This document shows, piece after piece, positions 26,974 through 37,298 of a stretch of 64,000 nt of DNA; the stretch's first letter is position 1, and every line of letters starts with the position of its first letter. Below the pieces are notes generated by a model that was not told the DNA's origin, made no database searches, and was given only the letters and a program-made list of their open reading frames with translations. This DNA is from an uncultured Aminicenantes bacterium (GTDB lineage Bacteria; Acidobacteriota; Aminicenantia; UBA2199). Made by a program: the position numbers and the translations under genes. The DNA lies in contig CBDAFS010000062.1 of NCBI GenBank assembly GCA_965195285.1, positions 64,001 through 128,000 of the forward strand, given 5' to 3'.

Positions 26974-28376
26974 GTTTTTTTCTCTCCTGCCGGTTTCCCG
27001 GTTGATTCCAGCCATTTACCAAACTGATGGGCCAGTTCGGTCAAATCACCTGCTGACAGAAAGGCTATCGCATCACCCTTTTTGAACTCTTTCTTCAGGT
27101 AGGCACTGATCTCATCGAAACTTTCAAGATACAGGACATTCCCGGAGCCACTCTCCCGTATTTTTTCCACCAGCAACTGGCTGTTCACATTCTTTATCTT
27201 CTTTTGCCCGGCCGCATACAACTTCGTGATGATCAGTTGATCAGCCCCTGAAAAAGCACCTGAAAATTTATCTGCCAGTAACTTTAACCGGGTAAAACGG
27301 TGGGGTTGAAATACCACGATCAAGCGTTTAAAACCTCCGGTTTTCAAGGTTTCGATGGTGGCGGTTATCTCGGTGGGATGATGGGCATAGTCATCTACAA
27401 CCAGGTTGGTTTGATTAAAAAACAGAACCTGGAAACGCCTTTCCGGCAGAAAAAACCGCTTTAATCCTTCCTTAATGATGGGTACGCCCAATCCGATTTC
27501 ATAGGCTGCGGTAATGGCTGCCAGAGAATTCATTACATTATGAAAGCCACCGACATTCAGAATCACCTGTCCATGCTGACGGCCACCCAGAATCAAATCA
27601 TAACTGGCCTGGAACAGAGAAAGACGCACCCTGTCGGCCTTGGCAAAGGGTTTTCCCTCAGTACCATAGGTAATGACCCGCTTATTCAGAGAGGGAATAA
27701 TTGTCCGGGAATTTTCGCAATTGCTATTGACAATAACCGAACCGTAGAATGGCACTTTATTACAGAACTCTATAAAAGCATTTTTGAGATTATCCATGGT
27801 TTTATAATAGTCAATATGATCATCTTCTATGTTGGTAATAACGGCGATGGTGGGAAACAATTTTAAAAAGCTTCCATCCGACTCGTCCGCTTCGGCAATG
27901 AGATAGGTCGATCTCCCCAGCTTGGCCCCGCTCTCTTCTATCTTCAACTTACCACCCACCACAAAAGTGGGATCTTTGTCAGCCGTACTGAGTATCGTAG
28001 AAATCATAGAAGTGGCGGTGGTCTTCCCATGGGTTCCGGCAATGGCAATGGAAAATTTCATTCGCATTAGTTCAGACAGCATCTCAGCTCTGGATATCAC
28101 CGGAATTTTTCTCTCCAGTGCAACCTGAACCTCAATATTGTTCCGGGTGATGGCACTGGAATAAACCAGGGTTTCGACATCTTTCACCTGATCCCGGCTA
28201 TGTCCCAGATAGATAGTCACCCCCAGGTTTCTCAACCGGTTTACACTGTAGTTCTCAGCCACATCTGAGCCGCTGATTTCGAATCCCATATTGTGTAACA
28301 CCTCGGCAATACCGGACATTCCCGATCCGCCGATACCGACAAAATGAATTTTCTTTATTCGGCTGTGTTCAATCAT
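26970..28376 (-). CDS. murC: UDP-N-acetylmuramate--L-alanine ligase
   Basis: HFVGIGGSGMSG, GTHGKTT, EADESDGSF, DDYAHHP. Confidence 0.97.
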   Translation of the reverse strand: MIEHSRIKKIHFVGIGGSGMSGIAEVLHNMGFEISGSDVAENYSVNRLRNLGVTIYLGHSRDQVKDVETLVYSSAITRNNIEVQVALERKIPVISRAEMLSELMRMKFSIAIAGTHGKTTATSMISTILSTADKDPTFVVGGKLKIEESGAKLGRSTYLIAEADESDGSFLKLFPTIAVITNIEDDHIDYYKTMDNLKNAFIEFCNKVPFYGSVIVNSNCENSRTIIPSLNKRVITYGTEGKPFAKADRVRLSLFQASYDLILGGRQHGQVILNVGGFHNVMNSLAAITAAYEIGLGVPIIKEGLKRFFLPERRFQVLFFNQTNLVVDDYAHHPTEITATIETLKTGGFKRLIVVFQPHRFTRLKLLADKFSGAFSGADQLIITKLYAAGQKKIKNVNSQLLVEKIRESGSGNVLYLESFDEISAYLKKEFKKGDAIAFLSAGDLTELAHQFGKWLESTGKPAGEKKT

Positions 28377-29475
28377 TTAGAAACACCATTTTTCTGTGTT
28401 TTGAAATATTGATAATGATTCCGGCTATAATCAGGGAAGCCATTAAGGAACTCCCTCCGATAGAAACAAAGGGAAGGGGAATTCCTTTGTTCGGTAAAAT
28501 CCCCAGGGTTACGGAAATATTCAGCAACGCCTGGGAAATGATTAAAAATGTCAATCCGATTCCAAGCAGATAGGTCTGCAGATTTCCCGATTGTTTGGCA
28601 ATCAGCAAACCCCGGATCAGAAATACAAAAAACAGACCCAATATCAGCAGTGCCCCGATCAATCCGACCTCTTCCCCGATGATTGAATAGATAAAATCCG
28701 TATAAGCATAGGGCAAAAAGTACAATTTCTGGGTGGATTTGCCCAGGCCCTGACCGAAAATCCCTCCGGATCCCAGGGCATATATCGACTGCATGGTCTG
28801 AAAATTATAAGTTGAGGCATATTCCTGGGGATTCAGATAGGCCTTGATCCGGTTCATCCTTTCGGGACTGAGTTTCAAGGAAATGAATGTCAGTACCGAA
28901 ATCAAAATGAAGGCAACGAAAAAGTACCGGAACTTTAAACCAGCCACAAATAACAAAATCATGGTCACCAGCAATATCAAAAAGAAATTTCCATAATCGG
29001 GCTCCTTGAATATCAGGAGCTCGATAATAAAGATGGGGATTAATAAAACAATCAGTTTTTTCAGATTATTCACATCATATTTTTTCTTACCGAATAAATA
29101 GGACAGGTATAGTATGGCTGAAATCTTGGCAAACTCTGAAGGCTGAATGGAAAACCCGGCAAAACGTATCCACCGATAGGTATTATTGATTTTTCCCGAG
29201 AAAAAAACCATAAAAAGAGCCATGATGGAAACCACCAGAATCAGGAAAATAAATTTCTGGTTGAGGTATATTGGGGTTTTCAAGAGAGAAATTAAACTGA
29301 AAATCACCAGTCCAACCGCAATCCAGAGAACCTGTTTTTTAAAGAAATAAAAACTGTCCGCATACTTTTCCTTGGCCAAAATCATGGTGGAGTTGTAAAT
29401 CATGATCAGACCGAATAGTATCAAAAAAACCACGGTCATAATGAGCAGTTTGTCCACGCCTACGTTTTTAACCAT
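28369..29475 (-). CDS. ftsW: SEDS peptidoglycan glycosyltransferase FtsW
   Basis: RWI..QPSEFAK, EPDYG, TDFIYSIIGEE, LPFVSIGGSS. Confidence 0.95.
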   Translation of the reverse strand: MVKNVGVDKLLIMTVVFLILFGLIMIYNSTMILAKEKYADSFYFFKKQVLWIAVGLVIFSLISLLKTPIYLNQKFIFLILVVSIMALFMVFFSGKINNTYRWIRFAGFSIQPSEFAKISAILYLSYLFGKKKYDVNNLKKLIVLLIPIFIIELLIFKEPDYGNFFLILLVTMILLFVAGLKFRYFFVAFILISVLTFISLKLSPERMNRIKAYLNPQEYASTYNFQTMQSIYALGSGGIFGQGLGKSTQKLYFLPYAYTDFIYSIIGEEVGLIGALLILGLFFVFLIRGLLIAKQSGNLQTYLLGIGLTFLIISQALLNISVTLGILPNKGIPLPFVSIGGSSLMASLIIAGIIINISKHRKMVFLND

Positions 29476-30871
29476 TTTCCACTTCTCGCTTTAAAGTCAG
29501 GAATTCCTTTTTAAAACATTCGCCCCGATGTTCAAAATTATCGAACATATCAAAACTGGCACATCCCGGAGCTAACAAAACCGTTCCGCCATGTTGCTTC
29601 AACGTATTGAATCCCTCTCTTACCGCTTCTCGTAAATCTCTGACCATATGCATTTTGGCCTTGACCGAGGCCAACTCGGAATAAATCCGGCTGGCTGCGC
29701 TTCCGACCAGCAATACCCGGGTGGTTCTCTGTTTGATGGGTGCTTCCAGGATCTGAAAATCACCCCCCTTGTCCTTGCCTCCCAGAATCAATACCACACC
29801 GGAATTAAAACTGGTCATGACTTTCAATGTCGCATCCACATTGGTTGCTTTTGAATCATTGATAAATTCCACCCGGCCGATTTTACCCAAGACTTCGGTC
29901 CGGTGAGGCAAACCCTTGAAACTCTGCATACCGGTCTCGATTTTTTCAGCGGACAAACCCAGTAACCGGCAAACAATAACCGATGAAAGTACGTTCTCCA
30001 GGTTATGAATCCCCGGTAACGGGTTGTTATCCAGAGAAATTTTTTGCGGTTTCGGGCGTAGGCTATCAATGACCTGATTATTTTCAATAAAATAACCTTT
30101 CTCCAGCTTTTGGGTAATGGAAAAACCGATCAGCTGAGCCCGGGAATCAATATGTTCCCGCAACCAGCTGTCATCATCGTTATATATTAAAAAATCATCC
30201 CGATTTTGATTCTGACCGATTTTTATTTTGGTAGACAGATAGGCGGCCATATCGGAATATCGATCCAGATGATCCGGAGTCACATTCAGCAAAACACCTA
30301 TATCGGGCCGGAAATGAACAATCTCTTCCAATTGAAAACTGGACACTTCCAGGATCACTGTGCTTTCCGGATTCAACCCCATGACTTCAGCAATCAGGGG
30401 ATTCCCGATGTTACCCGCCAGTACTGCCGGTAAACCACCGGAACTCAGGATATGGTGAATCAGACTGACCGTGGTGGATTTGCCATTGGTTCCGGTCACC
30501 GCGATAATTTTTGAGGGAATAAAATAAGAGGCAAATTCAATTTCGGAAATAATTTTCTGCCCGGATTTTCGAAACGCTTCAAACCTTGAATTCCGGCCGT
30601 CAACTCCCGGACTGATCACCATCAAATCCATCTCCTGCAGTCTGGTAAAGCTTTTCTCTCCCTCAAGAAACTCAACACCGTTCTGTTGGAAAGATTGTTT
30701 TTCTTTTTCATCCCGGATAACATCATCATTAAAAAGAAAAAGCTGCCGGCCAATATTTTTTGCCATCAAAAAATTCAGGAGAGCTTTTCCGGTTTTACCG
30801 AATCCAATCACAGCGATATTCCGGACATTACCGAGCAATTTCTGACCGGAAACCGAAACAAACTCATTCAT
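29468..30871 (-). CDS. murD: UDP-MurNAc-L-Ala--D-glutamate ligase
   Basis: TGTNGKSTT, EVSSFQL, NDSKATN, APGCASFDMF. Confidence 0.97.
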   Translation of the reverse strand: MNEFVSVSGQKLLGNVRNIAVIGFGKTGKALLNFLMAKNIGRQLFLFNDDVIRDEKEKQSFQQNGVEFLEGEKSFTRLQEMDLMVISPGVDGRNSRFEAFRKSGQKIISEIEFASYFIPSKIIAVTGTNGKSTTVSLIHHILSSGGLPAVLAGNIGNPLIAEVMGLNPESTVILEVSSFQLEEIVHFRPDIGVLLNVTPDHLDRYSDMAAYLSTKIKIGQNQNRDDFLIYNDDDSWLREHIDSRAQLIGFSITQKLEKGYFIENNQVIDSLRPKPQKISLDNNPLPGIHNLENVLSSVIVCRLLGLSAEKIETGMQSFKGLPHRTEVLGKIGRVEFINDSKATNVDATLKVMTSFNSGVVLILGGKDKGGDFQILEAPIKQRTTRVLLVGSAASRIYSELASVKAKMHMVRDLREAVREGFNTLKQHGGTVLLAPGCASFDMFDNFEHRGECFKKEFLTLKREVENG

Positions 30872-32252
30872 GGTGAAACTCCCGTATTGCTTTTTCCAAC
30901 CTGATATCCCGGGACGCCTTCAGCAGAATGATACTGTGGGGATTTGCAATTTTTTTCAGATACGCTCCGGCTTCTTCAGAGACCTCACACTGTTTTATGT
31001 GGTTCGGATTAAAGCCGGCCTTTTCAGCACCTTCGGCAATTTTTCTTGATCGCTTACCAACCACCACCAGGTGATCAAAATTAAGGGTGGCAAAAAACTG
31101 TCCGGCCTGGAAATGATACAGAGCTTCATCCTCACCGAGTTCCAGCATATCTCCGACCACTGCGATTTTATTTTCATTGAATTCTTCATCAATCCATTTC
31201 AGGGTTTTTTTCAGGGCTTCGGGATTGGAATTATAGGTTTCATCAACGATAGTCAAATCCTTATACTGACGTATCTCACCCCTCCCGGGCAGGGGTTTGA
31301 TATTCTTCAGGGCAGACTGGATGTCTTCGTTCTTAAGCCCGATGCTCTGGGACACAATGATGGAGGCAAACAAATTTTCGAGATGGGTCTTGTTGATAAT
31401 ATGGGTAACAAATTCGGTTTCAATACCGTAGAAGTCAATAATGATACGGGAACCGTTCTTTATCCGATCTATTCTTTTCAACACAATTTGATTGAACTCG
31501 GCACGGTGACCGAAATATATTTTCCTGCCGGGCTTGGTGCTGACCTGTTTGAGAATGGCTTCGGAATCACCGGTGATAAAGGCTGTGGAATCCGAAGATA
31601 GATAATTCAGAATCTCCGATTTTCCCCTGGCCACATTATCCAGGTTTTTCAAGAACTCCATATGGACCGGATAAACATTCAAAATAATGGCCAGATCGGG
31701 TTTCAAAATCTCGGCCAGACAATCGATCTCTCCGATACCCGGATAACTCATGGCCAGCTCAAAGACAGCGACCTGTTCATTACCCTGCATGGCCAGTAGT
31801 GAAAACGGCATCCCGATCCAGTTATTCCAGTTTTCAATGGAACGAAAAGCGGAATATCTGCTGGAAAGTATCTGATAAAGAAATTCCTTGGTGGTGGTTT
31901 TACCGGCGCTGCCGGTAACACCGATATATTTAATCGAATTGTATTTTTTCCGTACATAACTCCCCAGTTTATGGGCTGCCTTCAGGGGATCATCCACCCG
32001 TATGAGGGGAAATCGCGAGTTCCCCCCGTCAAAATGTCTGGAAACCACTGCTCCGCAATGTTTATTATTCAATATCCGATCAATATATTTGTGGCCGTCA
32101 TTGTTTTCGGTTTTCAGGGCAAAAAACAAGGTGTGATCCTCTTTGATCAACCGGGTATCGAAATGAAAGTGAGAAAATTTCAGGTTCCTTTCAGGGCCAG
32201 ACATATGACCGGCAGTGACCTCCAGGATTTCTTCTACGGTCAGTTCAGGCAT
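30864..32252 (-). CDS. murF: UDP-MurNAc-tripeptide--D-Ala-D-Ala ligase
   Basis: GVTGSAGKTTTKE, DETYNSNP, GDMLELG, LLKASR; start set at ATG 32252 overlapping the murE stop. Confidence 0.95.
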   Translation of the reverse strand: MPELTVEEILEVTAGHMSGPERNLKFSHFHFDTRLIKEDHTLFFALKTENNDGHKYIDRILNNKHCGAVVSRHFDGGNSRFPLIRVDDPLKAAHKLGSYVRKKYNSIKYIGVTGSAGKTTTKEFLYQILSSRYSAFRSIENWNNWIGMPFSLLAMQGNEQVAVFELAMSYPGIGEIDCLAEILKPDLAIILNVYPVHMEFLKNLDNVARGKSEILNYLSSDSTAFITGDSEAILKQVSTKPGRKIYFGHRAEFNQIVLKRIDRIKNGSRIIIDFYGIETEFVTHIINKTHLENLFASIIVSQSIGLKNEDIQSALKNIKPLPGRGEIRQYKDLTIVDETYNSNPEALKKTLKWIDEEFNENKIAVVGDMLELGEDEALYHFQAGQFFATLNFDHLVVVGKRSRKIAEGAEKAGFNPNHIKQCEVSEEAGAYLKKIANPHSIILLKASRDIRLEKAIREFHHE

Positions 32253-33744
32253 GCCCTCTACCTCTGGATTCCCTTTCTGCCAATTCCCTCCGCACCACTT
32301 CATAATCATCAAAATGAATGGTTCGGTCCTTGAATATCTGATAATCCTCATGACCCTTGCCGGCAACCACCAGCAGATCATCCTTTTTGACCAGATCCAG
32401 TGCCTTTTGAATGGCCTCTTCTCTATTGACAATGGTGGTATAGGAATTGAATCCGGTTTTAAAACCGTCTAAGATATCGTTAATAATGCTCTCGGGTTTT
32501 TCGTTACGTGGGTTATCACTGGTGACCACCACATAATCGGCATATGTTGAGGCCACTTCACCCATTCGCGGCCTTTTTGATTTATCCCTTGAACCACCGG
32601 CACCAAAAACAAGAATAATCCGGCCGACTGCGATTTCCTTCAGGGATTCAAGGAGATTTTTTAAGGCCTGGTCGGTATGGGCATAATCAATTATGACCGA
32701 AAAATCATTTTGGTAGGTAAAATCCAGCCGACCTCTAACCGGTTTGAAAGATTGAATAGCACGGGCTATATCATCGGCCGGAACATCTTTTATGATAGCG
32801 GAACTGATTGCAGCCAGCAAGTTGAGCAAATTGACCCTTCCGATCAGGGGGCTTTCGATTTCAATTTTCCCCCTGGGTGTTTCAATGGTTGACCGTATTC
32901 CATCCAGGGAAAACACATACTTTAACGGTCTTACATCGGCGAATGGAGAAAATCCATAGGTCAGGTATTTGCAATTCAGTTGTTCGATGATTTGGCGGTA
33001 GATATCTTCTTCATCGGCATTTAAAATCGCCCAGGCTTCGGGTCCAAGCTTTTTAAAGAGTATTAACTTCGAATCCAAATAACTTCTCATGGTTTTGTGA
33101 AAATCCAGGTGATCCCCTGAAAACGAAGTAAATATACCTTGAGAAAAACACACATCTTCGACCCGGTGAAGTTTAAGACCCACCGAAGAGACTTCCATGG
33201 CCACATTTCGACAACCCTGCTTGAATATTCGGGAAAAAAACCCAAAAATATCCGGAGCTTCGGGAGTGGTGAGCGAGGTTTTCTCAGATACAATCTGGTC
33301 TCCGGATTCGGCTTTATATTCCAAACCCAGAGTACTCATTTTGGCTGTGGGTTCCTGTGAGCTTAAAATTGAATGAATAAGAGATACCACAGTTGTTTTT
33401 CCATTGGTCCCGGTAACCCCGATCACATACATTTGGTCCGAGGGATTCCCGGCCCACTGAGCAGCCATTTTGGTGATGGCTTTTCGGGTATTTCTGACTT
33501 GAACCCAGGTCAAATTATTATATTTCCGATTCAGGGGAAATTCCGAGATTACTGAATTGGCGCCATTTCTGATGGCTTCCGGTAAATAATCAATCCCGTT
33601 AAACTTGAATCCTCCCACGGCAAAAAAGCAATTGCCCTTCACTATTTTTCTGGAATCAAGGTGGAGTCCCGAAAGGGGGATATCGGGGTTTCCCCAGATT
33701 TCTATGACATCCACATGTTTCAATAATGCTTTCAGGGCTTTCAT
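32245..33744 (-). CDS. murE: UDP-MurNAc-dipeptide--meso-DAP ligase
   Basis: TGTNGKTT, MEVSS, DYAHT, DNPR (meso-DAP specificity), AGKGHE. Confidence 0.97.
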   Translation of the reverse strand: MKALKALLKHVDVIEIWGNPDIPLSGLHLDSRKIVKGNCFFAVGGFKFNGIDYLPEAIRNGANSVISEFPLNRKYNNLTWVQVRNTRKAITKMAAQWAGNPSDQMYVIGVTGTNGKTTVVSLIHSILSSQEPTAKMSTLGLEYKAESGDQIVSEKTSLTTPEAPDIFGFFSRIFKQGCRNVAMEVSSVGLKLHRVEDVCFSQGIFTSFSGDHLDFHKTMRSYLDSKLILFKKLGPEAWAILNADEEDIYRQIIEQLNCKYLTYGFSPFADVRPLKYVFSLDGIRSTIETPRGKIEIESPLIGRVNLLNLLAAISSAIIKDVPADDIARAIQSFKPVRGRLDFTYQNDFSVIIDYAHTDQALKNLLESLKEIAVGRIILVFGAGGSRDKSKRPRMGEVASTYADYVVVTSDNPRNEKPESIINDILDGFKTGFNSYTTIVNREEAIQKALDLVKKDDLLVVAGKGHEDYQIFKDRTIHFDDYEVVRRELAERESRGRGHA

Positions 33745-35444
33745 ATTCTTATCTCATTTCTTCCGTCTAATTCAGGAAAAATTTCCAGGTATATCATCAA
33801 ACGCTCGGCGATCAGTTTAAAAAGCGGAGCCGCCACATCGCCACCATAGTATTTTCCCTTGGGTTCATCAATGATCACATACATGGTCACCACCGGATCC
33901 TGGGCCGGAAAGAATCCACCGAAAGAGGAGACATAAATTTTTTCATATTTGCCCCTTTTGATTTTCCGGGCGGTTCCGGTTTTGCCGGCAATGGTCATTC
34001 CCTCTATTTTCGACTGTTTTCCGGTTCCCGACTCCACTACTTTGGTCATGATGGACAGCATCTTTTGGGAAGTGGATTGAGACAGCACCCGCTGCTTCTT
34101 ACTCTGCGAGAGAATCTGGCTGCCGATCTGTTTGAGCAACCGAGGTTGAACCAGATACCCTCCGGTGGCAATCACATTAAAGGCTCTGAGCATCTGAATC
34201 GGGGTCACGCTGATTTCATATCCGAAGGACAGCGAGGCGATTGATGTCCGGGTCCATTTACCCAGCGGATTCAAAATCCCGCTCTCTTCCGCTGGTAATC
34301 CGATTCCGGTCTTATGACCAAAGCCGAAATCACTTATGGTCTGGAAATATTTTTCTTTACCCAGCCTCAAGCCGACCCGTACGGCACCGATATTGCTTGA
34401 CTTGATAATAATGTCCTCAAAGCTAAGTTTGTTAAAGGCGTGCACATCCAAAATCTGCCGGTTAAATATCTGGTAGCTGCCATTGTAACAATCAAAAATC
34501 TGCTGAGTATGACATACCTGGTTCTCCAGGGCGGAAGAGGCCAGGATAATTTTGAACGTGGACCCCGGATCACACAGAAAGGATATGGAATAGTTTTTTA
34601 AAAACCGGCTGGGGGTGTGGGACAGCCGTTCGGGTTTATAGGTGGGGTAGCTGGCCATGGCAATAACCGATCCCTCATGGGAGTCCATGACAATGACACT
34701 TCCGCCTTTGGCCCGGAAATGGCGGATGAGATTTTTCAGCTCCTTCTCAATAAAAAATTGAACCGTGGAATCGATGGTGAGATGAATGTCCCTGCCGGAA
34801 ACGGGATGATTCAGATATTGATAGTTGAATATCTTCCGCCGGGCATCCACCAGCACTTCCACCTGTCCGCCTTTCCCTTTAATCAGGTCATCAAAAGCAT
34901 ATTCAATTCCAGCCAAACCCTGCTCGTCGATTCCCACCCCGCCCAGAATGTGAGCGGCTGTCTCCTGCTGGGGATATATTCTTTTATACTCATCAACAAA
35001 TCCAATGATCGATCCCCTGACCGATTTCACCTTGACCCGCTTTAAACTGGCATATTCACTATCCCTCAGTTTTCTCTTTATCCAGATGAAACCATCTCCC
35101 CGCTTGATCCGGTTTTCAATAAACTTTTTTTTGTCCCGGCTGATGGAAATAACCTTTTGAATGCGGGAAAATATCTTCGCAGATTCCTGTTTTATTTTAT
35201 TGCTGATAAAAGCGGATTTTGTTTTCACAGAAATGGCCAGGATTTCACCATTGCAGTCATACATGGTTCCCCTTTTGGGATTGAGGGATAAGATACGGTG
35301 GCTCTGGGCCTTTATCCTGGCCAGATACTTGTTGTAATTAAAGACCTGGGTTTTAATCAGGGTAAAGACAATAATCAAAATCCAGCCCATAAAAAACATG
35401 AAAATGATAAAAGTCCGGTTCCGTTCGTTTCTGTTCATTTTCAT
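33741..35444 (-). CDS. ftsI: Class B PBP (FtsI/PBP3), no PASTA domain
   Basis: STFK, SSN, KTGT motifs; N-terminal TM; dcw position. Confidence 0.93.
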   Translation of the reverse strand: MKMNRNERNRTFIIFMFFMGWILIIVFTLIKTQVFNYNKYLARIKAQSHRILSLNPKRGTMYDCNGEILAISVKTKSAFISNKIKQESAKIFSRIQKVISISRDKKKFIENRIKRGDGFIWIKRKLRDSEYASLKRVKVKSVRGSIIGFVDEYKRIYPQQETAAHILGGVGIDEQGLAGIEYAFDDLIKGKGGQVEVLVDARRKIFNYQYLNHPVSGRDIHLTIDSTVQFFIEKELKNLIRHFRAKGGSVIVMDSHEGSVIAMASYPTYKPERLSHTPSRFLKNYSISFLCDPGSTFKIILASSALENQVCHTQQIFDCYNGSYQIFNRQILDVHAFNKLSFEDIIIKSSNIGAVRVGLRLGKEKYFQTISDFGFGHKTGIGLPAEESGILNPLGKWTRTSIASLSFGYEISVTPIQMLRAFNVIATGGYLVQPRLLKQIGSQILSQSKKQRVLSQSTSQKMLSIMTKVVESGTGKQSKIEGMTIAGKTGTARKIKRGKYEKIYVSSFGGFFPAQDPVVTMYVIIDEPKGKYYGGDVAAPLFKLIAERLMIYLEIFPELDGRNEIRI

Positions 35445-35734
35445 TTTGACACTTCGAAAATTTTAATAAACTGTTCGGATTTGGGATATCGGTATCCCAG
35501 TTGGTTCATCACCACCTTTTCTATCCTATCCAGATTTAACAGCTTGGCCTTGTTAGCCTTCAGTTTATCGATTTCCTCCATCAGTATTTTCTGGTGCTGG
35601 ATCAATTTCTGCATCTTGTAACCATAATCAATGTTTTTCAAATTCAGGCTTGAATAAGTGAATAAAAGAATAAACACCATGAAAGTAACAAGAATAAAGA
35701 TTCCGCTGACTGATTGTTTGTTCCGGGATTTCAT
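35441..35734 (-). CDS. ftsL: Cell division protein FtsL
   Basis: TM plus coiled coil (LDRIEKV..LG) between rsmH and ftsI. Confidence 0.85.
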   Translation of the reverse strand: MKSRNKQSVSGIFILVTFMVFILLFTYSSLNLKNIDYGYKMQKLIQHQKILMEEIDKLKANKAKLLNLDRIEKVVMNQLGYRYPKSEQFIKIFEVSK

Positions 35735-36615
35735 AAAACTTCCGCCGCCCTTAATTTCGCCGAACGAGAGGCTTGATTCCGGAGGATCTCTTCCGGGCTG
35801 GGAAACATGGGAAAAGGCTTCAGGATAGTGATCTTGCCTTTATCCCGGAGCGATTTAAACCCCCTTTTTACCATCCGATCTTCAATTGAATGATAGGTCA
35901 GATAAACAATTCTGGCTCCCCTATTTAGATAATCGGGCAATTTTTCCAGAAATTGATCCACACCCTCCAATTCCTTATTCACAAATATTCTCAAGGCCTG
36001 AAAGACCCTGGCAGCGGGATGTACCCGACCCTTCTTAAGCCGCCGGCCATCCATCTGTTCGACGATCTCTCTCAACTGGCGGGTTGATTCCACCGGAGCA
36101 AAGAGCCTGCGTTCAATTATTTTCTTGGCCAGTTTTTCAGGATTCCTGACCTCTCCATATTCCCTGAAAATTCTGGCCAGCTGTGCTTCGCTGAAGTTAT
36201 TGATAACCTCTTCAGCCGATACTTTCAGGGACTTGTCCTTCCTCATGTCCAGCCTGGAGTCCAGCTGATGTGAAAATCCCCTTTCGGGATTCTTCAACTG
36301 GTCCATGGATATTCCGGGATCGACCAGAATTCCCGAAACCTTCAAACTGGAAAAATCGATCTTTTCAAAAATATCCAGAAAATTGCATCGATAGAAACGA
36401 ATCCGTTCTGAAAATGCAGTCAGCTTCGTTTTAGCCTTTTTGATACTGGATCCATCGATATCAATGGCAATCACACTGGAATTCAAAAAATGTCTAAGCA
36501 TATAATATGAATGCCCTCCTAAGCCAACTGTACAATCTATAAATAACGTCTGATCTGTATGCGCAAAAACAGTGATTATCTCACTGCTCATCACTGGATA
36601 ATGAAGCGGTTGCAT
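35731..36615 (-). CDS. rsmH: 16S rRNA m4C1402 methyltransferase
   Basis: HYPVM, DCTVGLGGHS, RGFS..LDMR, FQALRIFVN, RSAKLR. Confidence 0.96.
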   Translation of the reverse strand: MQPLHYPVMSSEIITVFAHTDQTLFIDCTVGLGGHSYYMLRHFLNSSVIAIDIDGSSIKKAKTKLTAFSERIRFYRCNFLDIFEKIDFSSLKVSGILVDPGISMDQLKNPERGFSHQLDSRLDMRKDKSLKVSAEEVINNFSEAQLARIFREYGEVRNPEKLAKKIIERRLFAPVESTRQLREIVEQMDGRRLKKGRVHPAARVFQALRIFVNKELEGVDQFLEKLPDYLNRGARIVYLTYHSIEDRMVKRGFKSLRDKGKITILKPFPMFPSPEEILRNQASRSAKLRAAEVL

Positions 36616-37057
36616 TTAAAGTTTTCGAGACTTCGTGTAATTTTTCTTTTCCAAATCGATCGCCCAACTCCCTGGTTTTGAAAATTTCCTCATTCCAGAT
36701 TTCCAGGGTGTTGGCCTTCCCCAGGATTCGACTGACTCCATCCAACTGGCTTTCTTTTCTTAAAACCGGAGGAATAAGAACCCTTCCCTTTAAATCAATC
36801 TCCGATTCTGTTCCCCAGTAACTTAAACGGCTCACAAAATCACTGATATCCGGGTTCCATACCCCAACATTTTCAAATTTCTTTTCTACCTCTTCCCATA
36901 CTTTAATGGGATACATCATCACGTGATCTCCATTCAGGGAAGTGATAAAGACATCTCTTCCGTAGTTGGAATCAAAAACCTGGAGAAATCTTGCCGGGAT
37001 CTTAATCCGTCCCCGATCATCGATTTTCACATCATAACTGCCTCTAAATCGCTGCAT
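36581..37057 (-). CDS. mraZ: Division/cell wall cluster repressor MraZ
   Basis: FRG...IDDRGRIKIP and IDLKGRVLIP AbrB-like repeats, LEIWN. Confidence 0.95.
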   Translation of the reverse strand: MQRFRGSYDVKIDDRGRIKIPARFLQVFDSNYGRDVFITSLNGDHVMMYPIKVWEEVEKKFENVGVWNPDISDFVSRLSYWGTESEIDLKGRVLIPPVLRKESQLDGVSRILGKANTLEIWNEEIFKTRELGDRFGKEKLHEVSKTLNATASLSSDEQ

Positions 37058-37060
37058 TAT

Positions 37061-37086
37061 CCCATTTGTTCCCATTTATTCCCACA
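37061..37086 (-). promoter_or_regulatory. MraZ binding repeats
   Basis: Three TGGGA boxes at 10-bp period (TGTGGGAATAAATGGGAACAAATGGG) immediately before mraZ. Confidence 0.8.
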
Positions 37087-37147
37087 TATAATATAATATA
37101 TAATAATATAAAAATCAAGAAAAAAATATTTTTTTACACTTTTGACC

Positions 37148-37176
37148 TTGACACCCCATATATAGTGTTCTAAACT
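37148..37176 (+). promoter_or_regulatory. Sigma70 promoter of nrdJ with NrdR box in the spacer
   Basis: TTGACA(37148)-17-TAAACT; ACCCCATATATAGTGT (37153-37168) fits the NrdR consensus acaCwAtATaTwGtgt. Confidence 0.8.
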
Positions 37177-37298
37177 TACTGGGTAACTAAATAAAAGTGA
37201 ATTGGCCGGGTGGTCAACATTCAATAAACAGGCTATAAGAAAAAAGTTGCTGGTATTATGCTGGATTTTTATTAAATTTGAACATAAGGAGAAATAAT

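Noticed and set aside
32253-32432. N-terminal extension of MurF in the ORF track
   Set aside because: Overlaps murE in another frame; ATG 32252 gives a normal MurF start.
37086-37112. ATATA/ATAAT low-complexity run
   Set aside because: AT-rich divergent promoter DNA; no discrete repeat unit.
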